From Tubulanus polymorphus (Eukaryota; Animalia; Nemertea), in the NCBI RefSeq assembly GCF_964204645.1, contig NC_134035.1:5828001-5892000 (forward strand): 64,000 bases of DNA, read 5' to 3'. Each line of letters starts with the position of its first letter. Within the stretch, counting starts at the first letter, position 1. Position numbers and translations under genes: made by a program. Below the pieces are notes generated by a model. That model was not told the origin of the DNA, did not search any database, and saw only the letters and a list, made by a program, of their open reading frames with translations. This document shows positions 55,401 to 64,000 of the stretch, in pieces.

Positions 55401-57476
55401 AAACAGTGCGAAAATGTAGTAATTCAATTTGACATGTTGTACAAATGTTGTGATTGTGATGTTAGAGTATATGTGGACAATCATCAGTAATGCACATAAT
55501 CATTAAATTTGACCATATTGATTATTAATGCCTTATTCATTCAAAAATATGTTCATCTCTGCTTACTATGGGATGTGTGATGGGTCCTGCCAGAATTTAT
55601 CTGGAAAAATCGTTAAAAGATTTCGGCGGTACAAAAACGTAAATTAAAAAGCAATAGCGTGTTCAATGGTTCAATTCAGAGTATTACAGACATTATTTTG
55701 TATTAACTTAATTTTACTCTTCAGAAATGCTCAATAAGTTAAAAGACGGAATGGGGTAGAATGTATATGATAATTTTTGTTATCACTGTTCAGAGTAAAG
55801 CGCTCAATGAAATTTATAAGCATAGGCCTAATTTTTGTTTGTTTTCTATTTCATAAAGCTTTCTTTAATTCAGGACGTACAATTGGTTAGCCGTAATGAA
55901 ATGATGCGAGCAATATATTATCGAATCGATTCTGTCATAATATTATATGCAATGGAATACTATTTTTTTACAACAACTGGTTGCTGTATATTTACCGGAA
56001 CGTTTCAGTGTTACAGCATTTTATTTTATTTATTTAAGAACACTTCGCTATGCTGTCTTCATTATCCTAAGTGTAGATATTTGAACTGTGTTAATTGTTA
56101 CCCTATTATAGTTAACCTCACCTAACTCGGAAACAAAATTCAAAAATACGTTGGGATATACAATTGTTATTTTTTCCGTAGAACTCAGTCAATTTTGAGT
56201 TGAGTTAGATATGTCTTACCTATGTATATCGAAAGAGTGCGAGTAGGCCCTAGGCCATGTTTGAGTTAGGTCAGGTTTGCTGTAGTAGGAAGGAAGGGGT
56301 ATTTATTTCCTGTACAGTAATTAATGTATGAAATGAAATTTAATGAATTCGATGCATAGATTTTTAGAATAAGATATTTTTCATCCAGTCTAGTGCATGT
56401 CGATGCTTTATTTCCCTATGGAAAAACAGTGAAATACTCCCTGGGAAGACTTCACAATTCATACTTAGTCGTAACTAGTAATTGAATGCATTATTACAAT
56501 AGAGGTCTCACAACTTTATTTTCTTGTGTTCTTAAATTTTCCCTGCAAAGCTTTAGAAAACTGGGAAAATTTTTTTTTTAATTTTAGTTTTTAGGGTCGT
56601 GCAAACAATTTATACCAACCAATTACATATTTGTTTTAATATGCCTGTAATGAAAAGTAAATAAAACGGTCAAATCATAATGAAACAAACACATTTTTAT
56701 CGTCACATTGAGTGCTTAATCTCTGTGAGAATGAATGAAATATGACTCCTTTGAGTTCGTCGCGGTGTAGTTTTGAAGAAAACTGATAAAACTTGTCTGG
56801 ATGGCTGGACCGGTGGTTGGATAGGACACAAATCATAGACCGGCACTAGAGCACTGTGGATGCTAAACACTCCAGGTTCATAAATGATTATCATAAGATC
56901 AAGACAAAATAAACGTTTATTCTGACTAGTGTAAAGTAAAAGGAAGTCAATACATTCTTCAATTCTACAATTTCACATCATGATTTGATAGATAAAAGCT
57001 ATTTATCAAGATGAGATAAACTTTTAATCTCCTGACTAGAATAAGTATAAGGATGTGAGTACATGTACATACTTCATCATAGTTTGGTATATAAAAAAGT
57101 TTTGTCGGTTTTATAATACTATTATTTCATATTACTTGGCAATTTAAATTACGGAACATGTTTAAAAAGTTTAAATATTGAACAGTTAATGGATTAAGGG
57201 AAAATATTACTAAGTGATAGGAATGTTATTAAATTAGGTCTAATATCAGGATCTTGTGTGTTAATTAATTCACTGAATTTGATTTCACTCAGATGAAGGT
57301 AGAATTCCACGGGAATAAATCTAAGTCTCAATCAAGATAAAGAAAAACATGCATATAGGCCTAAATACACTATGTAAGAAACAGAACATTTTAACATATC
57401 TATGATAATATTCAATAATAATTTAGGGTCCTTCGTATTCAATAACTCAATAAGTAATATTTTCGGTCTCAGGTCG

Positions 57477-58048
57477 ATTACGATTACGATTACGATTACC
57501 CGATTTATTTACACTCCAACCATTTCCATGGTATATGGAGGAAAACTATTACACATGTATATACAAATATTTACAAAACAACACTGAAGTGATTAAAATT
57601 TAGAGAATGAAAACGTAACAAAATATATATATATACATCAACTATTTACAATACTATGTATACTATTGGAGGGATCTATATACATCTAAGCCGGTCTTAA
57701 TGAATTTAGCTAAGTTGACCGTTGGGTTTTTCAGAATATCAAGGGTATTAAAGGTATTCAAATTCAAATAGTTTTTGCGGGTTTCGTTAAGTAAGGTACA
57801 GTCAAGCAGAAAATGGGATTCGTCACCTAAAGTATTACAAGTGGGGCATATTCTATTGGCTCTGTCTAAATGAAGGTTTGAAAATTTGTTCACAGGTAAA
57901 ATATAGGACCCGACCCTAAATTCAAATAAACTAGTTCCTAAGTCATCACCAAGTTCTATTATATACTTCTCTAACCTAATATCATTTTCATATTGCCTAA
58001 AGTTAGTGTATATCGGATTAGTATTTATGGCAGATACAGTTTCTTGAA
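57477..58048 (-). mobile_element. 5'-truncated LINE 3' end, same family as 40180-40937
   Basis: ORF ...[29 protein letters not shown]...[19 protein letters not shown]... with a (CGTAAT)n tail. Confidence 0.88.
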
Positions 58049-58135
58049 GATAAGATAAGATAAGATAATTTATTACTCTCCAACCATTTCCATGGTACTT
58101 GGAGGAAAAAAAGATTTTGTTTACAAATTTTACAT
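58049..58135 (-). mobile_element. 3' tail of a related LINE subfamily with a (TATCT)n tail
   Basis: The minus strand reads cctccaagtaccatggaaatggttggagagtaataaattatcttatcttatctt. Confidence 0.65.
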
Positions 58136-60026
58136 AGTGGTCGTTAGGTGCTGCCCCTATTAATGACAGTAGCGGCAAAAACGTGAACTAACCCAACAGA
58201 GCAATATTCCTACTGTGGCAAGTTCGCACTTGACCGTCAATGATACATTTTTTCTAGGCAGCACTTGAGTTTTCAAACGGTTTAGGCCGCACAGTTGATT
58301 ACCGTATTTATAATTCAGTGAATTTACACATGATATCGATTTGATAATCGAAGAATAAGAAAACATGAATAGATATTTGCAGGATTCGAACCTGGCTCGT
58401 AGCGGGCACCTGTTGCTGGATAGGGAATCAACATGGCTGCTGCTTGATAAGGATTTGTAAGAGGACTAAAATCGACTGAATAAACGCTTTTATCCTCGTT
58501 GTCGGTAGATAATTCCTAAATAGATAACGAAATTAAGGTTTAAGAAGGTGAGTTCGATTAACAACTATTGGTTCCATTGACATGAAGTGAAAATATGTCG
58601 CGAATTTCAGACGTTTCTATCCGTCGTTAACGTCAACAAAGTCAAAATCAATATATTTTATTGCCTTATCCACAACTTCGACTCGCTGTGAAATTACGCT
58701 GTGTTTGAAAAACTGAAAACCAAATGATTCTGCTTGGCCTCCTTACTATCTAACATCCATTAGTTCAACTGCTGTCCATTTTGTCTGGTCTTTTCGACAC
58801 CTGCCTGTCCTGTCTATCTTTTCTTGACTTGACAAGAGGTCATATTATCCACCACTGCCACTGGCTGGGACTTGTCACAATTAATGCTTTTATTTAGTCA
58901 GTTTCAATGACCAACTACAGTATCCTTGTATAATAATAAAGTAACAAGTTGTCTTAATATACAGGGATACTGGGGTTGGCCATTGTCGTGATATTGGTTT
59001 TATTCATTCACTATCAATTGTGACAAGTCCTGGTGGATATAGGCCTATCCAATCAGTTTCGGCGGTACATACCTGATACAGGTTTTTAAAGGTTTTTACA
59101 TTGAATGGGGTTGAATAAAGAAAAGTGAATGTTTAACAATTTGTTTCCAATCTACATACGGGTACCATGATTTTTGATAAGTTCTACCTACATCGTACAT
59201 TGGCGCAGTCACTATTGACTGTTACGCAGCAGGAGATGCTGAGTTGAAAAAACTTCAGTTGGTAGGCATGAAATATTGTTAAATTTAATATTGTTGATTT
59301 ATTCAAGAAAATGGTGTCTCATTTTGATGAAGACTTTTTCGCAATCGGTGTAAAATGGATTAAAATTCCATGTTTTAGTTCAACTGCCAGGCCATTCTGG
59401 TCCTTTAAAGATCTATATCTGCATGGTATGTAACACCAAAACTGACTGAGCTACACCACCTGATGTCTTCCCAAGTCAAAGTTGAATAGACATTAGGCCT
59501 ATAGGCCTATCAGATATAGCCTACTGACTGTGACTGTCTATGGCCACTGACAACTTACTATCGCTTATTTGTCCGACTATATTTCGCTCAATTTTTTCTC
59601 GTGTATAGGTGTCGATAGCGTAAATATGACCAGTAGAATCATACAGTGAGGATAAACAGTTGTTTTTACGAGTTATGTTGAACGAGTTATGAACTCTTCT
59701 CTCTGTTTGATGGATGTTTGAATTCATGATTTTGTTAAATTACTTGATCTACTGTTACGCATACATACAGAAATAGACAACCATTTTTCATTAGGCCTAT
59801 TTAATGAAGTTTTCGTTTTCATCAATCCGCGATAGTTTGCTCTGCATACACCTGGGTTATATGCAGCTGAAAATTCTGCCCCATGCTATGATTCAGCTAT
59901 TCATTTGCATTTCAAAATAAAGTAGTCAGTGCCACAATAATGGTTTATTTCCGAATGCAAAAGTTATCTCTGAATAAATTGATGCATAATCTACACAGAT
60001 GAATAGATACTTAAAAAAATTAAAGA

Positions 60027-60410
60027 GGCTGGCTCCATTGTCCAGACTTAAGTCCAATAGTGGTTTGAATTTTCAAAGCTTGTTAGATTGGCACGAACAC
60101 AGGCCCGTGCCAAGCTTTTTTGAGGGGCAGTTCCATTTCGATAATGGGGAACTTTTTTACCACTTTCCTCTATTGAAAATCGGACAGATCTTTAATTTCA
60201 GAATGGATTACTTCTCATTTTCCAAAAAAAGCGTGAAAATTGTATCAAAATTTCGAAAAGTCTGGACCAAAAGTTTTGGACACTGACTTTTTGAAGGGCA
60301 CTTTAGGGGGTTCGTTCGCTACCCCTAAACATCCCCCTACCCCCTCGGCATGGGCCTGGGACAAAATGGTCTTAAACTGGTCATAAGTCTAAGCCGTGAT
60401 TATATGCCAC
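60027..60410. mobile_element. GGTCTTAA-family MITE interrupted by a nested CAGGCCCGTGCC-TIR element (60100-60358, TSD gaaca/ggaca)
   Basis: The flanks match 1479-1616 (agacttaagtc...ttgttagat; atggtcttaaa.tggtc.taagtctaa). The insert reads caggcccgtgcc...ggcatgggcctg. Confidence 0.7.
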
Positions 60411-61640
60411 AGATCAGGACGTCACATGAAGTGTCTCTGTGACAGACAGTAGTCACCTAAGGGCTTAGGCACTTGGGCTTAAAGTGAAACCATGTTAAAT
60501 GTAGGCCTATGTAATAAGCTATATAGTATGGTAACCATCAATGAAACACTATCTGCTTTGTTTCAACGATAGTAAATCCCATTGTTTTGATAATGGTAAT
60601 AAATCCGTTTCACAAAAAAACCATCTCAATAGGACTTACTTTCGAGACAACAGATAGAGATGAATATGAAGATATACGATATGTAATTCATATAGAACAG
60701 TAGGCTTGAAATATAGGCATAGTAATAGATATAAAACTGTAATGCCATTTCTTTCTATCCTCTCTCTCATAATCAGACAGGTTTGACCAGTCCTTCTCTC
60801 CTCGCTCTCTGTAATCATGCTAACAGGTTTTACCGGTATCGGTAATTATTATATACCGATATCTGATATTCGATATTTAGTACAAACGACTCCGCGCGAG
60901 TCATTATTTGCGTAGTGTATGTCGATTGGATTTATGCTGATTGGTACGTGTAACTCCCCACAGCGATGTGACGATTGATCACACTGTATTTATAGTTACT
61001 CGGGGCACGGTTGTGTCGAGCTGAGGCACAATACGCAGCATTTTTACATAACTTACAAACTATTCTATTCAGATCGCTTGATGCGAGTGACGAGTTAAGA
61101 TTCTCGTACGAGATAGGCGTGAGGATTTTTATGCAAACCGACAAAAGTTTTAAGGAATTAAAAAAATAACCGTGTTATATTTTTTTGGATTATGCTCCGA
61201 CAAGTTTGGTGCCTAAGATTCTTTAAGATGGCATGAAGTAGTAATTTATGCTCGATTAGAGCGCGTTTTTAACTGGGATTCAAAGTTTGTAACATTTACC
61301 GGGATTTCATTTCTGATTAAACTGTAGCTGTTCGATGAACAGGAATTGACGTTTCGTTGGGAGGAAACCCGAAATATTTGTATGAAACGAATCTAAATCT
61401 ACGTAGTGGTGCAGGATTTTATGCGATACCGCCAATTATTCAGTGGATTATTCGAAATACGTATTCTTTAGAATGGATTTAGTTTAAAACATATCCTATC
61501 CGCGAAATCAAGCATCTATAAAATGAAGATAAAAGACAACGAAAAGCAAAACTTTTTGCCGCCTTGTAATATAACTAACAATGTGCGACCTGTCAGGTAA
61601 AGATTATTATATATACTCAAAATTGTTGATACGGGTTCTT

Positions 61641-61968
61641 TTTTTTTATCTTTAAGTAGGGATCGACCCTTTTATTTATTCAATTTAGTAGATTTCATTT
61701 GATTTGACATGATTGTCGATCGTTGTCCCTTACAAACCCACCAGACCTGCCGGGAGCGAAACAGGGGTTTTGATTTTGAAATCGGAGATCTAAGTACAGA
61801 TATAGTTGCGTGATCGGCGGTCGAAATTACAGCATTTTTTGATTGAATCGAATCCGTACATAACTTGAAATCGCAGTTCGGGTACACTCAAACAATCTTC
61901 CGACCAGCCAGAACCGGCAAGCGACTGATTGGGGAAAATTTTGTTGGCTGCAATTTAATAATACATTA
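61641..61968 (-). mobile_element. Poly(A) retroposon with AATAAA, an A-tail and a 12-bp TSD (ATACGGGTTCTT)
   Basis: TSD at 61629-61640 and 61969-61980, T-run at 61639-61647, tttatt at 61671-61680. Homologous to 28188-28449. Confidence 0.75.
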
Positions 61969-62426
61969 ATACGGGTTCTTACAGATCAAGCAAAATCAGG
62001 GAATTACGAATCTATTTCAGGGAAAATTCACGGAGTTCTGGCTCTTTTCTTGAAACTTCAGGGAATTTGAAATTTTGGTGTCTTGTAGATTTTGCCGGTG
62101 ACGGTGGCACGAGGAACCTTTCGATAAGAAACACGATTCTAGGGATAGGATTTGGAAATAGGATAGGTTTTTTGTGGAATGATTGTGGAGTGAATTTTTA
62201 ATGATTATCAAAACAATAGGATTTTCTATCGTTCCATCAAAGCAGTTAGTGTTTCCGTCATTGATGGTTACCCTATACGGTACATGGCTTATAAATCTGA
62301 GGATATCTTATACTTTAATCGGAGAAGTTTTGCTAAGGGTCTGGAAAATAAGGGAAATGTGATTCCCAGATCTATAAGAACGTGCAAGATTCTGTCTAAT
62401 TTACCGGAACTATTTTCAGATTTACC

Positions 62427-62581
62427 ATGCCGAGTAAGGCCGACGACCAAGGCTCGAAGACTGCCCATTTCGAGCCTAAAAAGCCGACTCTGAAAGCGAC
62501 GCGAGTGGTCAGCTATGAAGACATGCTCGTGGCTCAGTATCTAGAAGAACTTCGAAAGACTCCGCCGTATACCAAACCAAC
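62427..62581 (+). CDS. First coding exon of an unidentified gene continuing beyond the window (MPSKADDQGSKTAHFEPKKPTLKATRVVSYEDMLVAQYLEELRKTPPYTKP...)
   Basis: Acceptor ttttcag at 62419, accATG context, an open GC-richer frame and donor ac|gtgagt at 62581. Confidence 0.55.
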
Positions 62582-62587
62582 GTGAGT

Positions 62588-62588
<1 letters not shown>

Positions 62589-62625
<37 letters not shown>
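62589..62625. repeat. (AAT)n microsatellite
   Basis: About 12 units. Confidence 0.95.
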
Positions 62626-62626
<1 letters not shown>

Positions 62627-64000
62627 TTTTTTGAAAAAAAGTAGACTGATAGAGAACAAGAGGGGATATGAAAATGTAAAAAGAAATCCGAAAAAAAGAA
62701 ATGAAAAAAACCGTATTCATGGTCGCAAATTTAAAGTTACAACTCTCATAGACTACAAGACCTAACTGATAAAACACTGATTGATTAGATCTTTTGAAAT
62801 TATCTCAATTTTAGTAAATTGAAAAGTTAGGAGATGGATAAAACAGTTCATAAACTAAGTCAAAGTTATGCTGGGCCGCTTTGTTACATTCGACTGAGTA
62901 GCAACTCCCAATCAGTAGCAACATTCCAAATTGATAATTAAGATAAATTTTGCCTCAGGTTAGAGCAATCTACAAAAAACCTGTCCTTATAAGAATTTTA
63001 GTTCTTTGATATAAGTATTGCAAAATTTCAAAAAAATTGAATTTTACATTAACTCCAAGAGTCCGGTTTCATAGACTGAGTTATCCCTAGGGGTAAATCC
63101 TAAATCTAGGTGACAACCTCCATAGCAACAATGAGAAACCATGGTTATAACTGACAAATTTCAAAATTTTCCCAGGGACTATCTTTCTTCCACATAGATA
63201 TGAAACCCAGCCCGAGTAGCTTAAGAATAATTTATGAAATTTCCCCCGTAAAGCAGCGACGTATTTTTACGAAAAAAGGAGATTCGTTCGAGTGAATTAT
63301 TTGAATCGGGTAACGTTGTTGACTATTCGCGTGACTGCTACAAACATCGAGCTAACCACGCGAACGCGAACTTTTTACATTCGACCAAAAAAAAAACGTC
63401 GCAGAAAGATCTGCGGGTATTGTCGAGAGAACATGTTAAATCACTCGTGATTGTTTGCGTGTTACCATGGTGTAGAGCGACAGCCATTTATCGGACCCGG
63501 CGGGGAGTCTGACGGGTCCTTTAACAGTGCGTGCTCTAGAATACGAATCGATCGCTAGTAACCCGGTCTTCGTCGTCGTCGACAGTGATCGTTATTTCCT
63601 TGTCAATCTTGATTTTGTCGTCGTCGTCGCATTCGGTCGAGATGACGTAAACGTATTCGCGTCGTGAATGCGCGTGTTTTCAAATCAAGCTGCATAGTTA
63701 TTAGACGTCGAGGTTGTCAGTTTCTAGATTGATACGAATAAAATGACGGCGACCTCCTCGACAGTGATTTCCAATAGATTAGTTGAAAGATTCAACATTT
63801 TCTGGCTAGATAAGCTCCTGAAGATGATGTATTCAATCAGAAATTATGGGTTTGGGTGTACTGAAGTGATTTCGAATAGATTGGTTGAAAGATCCATATT
63901 TTTCTAGCTACAGATGATGAATTCTATCTTAGTTAATTAGTTGGGGTGTATTGAACTGATTTCAAATAGTAAGGTTGAAAGATTCAGATTTTTGAAATGA

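Noticed and set aside
58400-61550. Possible gene or transposase (short ORFs, CKLCK motif, recurrent aggcctat)
   Set aside because: No consistent exon chain or recognisable domain could be assembled. It is probably decayed repeat or non-coding DNA.
61760-61850. In-frame TGA aligned to TGC in the 28-kb homologue, suggesting selenocysteine
   Set aside because: The frame has other stops in both copies, no SECIS is evident, and the segment is the antisense strand of a TSD-flanked retroposon.

Overview
AT-rich, intron-containing animal DNA with many short GT-AG introns of about 55-120 bp. The gene families and repeats suggest a marine invertebrate, probably spiralian; that placement is inference only. 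The window holds four apparently intact SLC22/organic-cation-transporter-like paralogs in two head-to-head pairs, either side of a two-exon somatomedin-B/Cys-rich class-B-like 7TM receptor. Next come a small secreted IGFBP-like + follistatin/Kazal gene, whose second intron holds a TSD-flanked retroposon and a 1.3-kb 23-bp minisatellite; a 14-exon proteinase-K-like S8 subtilase; and an anoctamin (TMEM16) gene of about 23 exons. The first coding exon of an unidentified gene lies near 62.4 kb. Repeats include truncated LINEs, several MITE families with 3-bp or 5-bp TSDs, tRNA-derived SINE remnants and microsatellites. The most interesting observations are: three candidate frame-preserving microexons (12, 9 and 12 nt) plus a 51-nt cassette in the anoctamin gene; a two-copy poly(A) retroposon family, one copy of which duplicated a splice donor; a mosaic pattern in the SLC22 cluster with near-identical loops but divergent transmembrane exons; and the Ig-less IGFBP-Kazal gene next to the subtilase. 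Exon boundaries were assigned by eye and may be off by a few bases.
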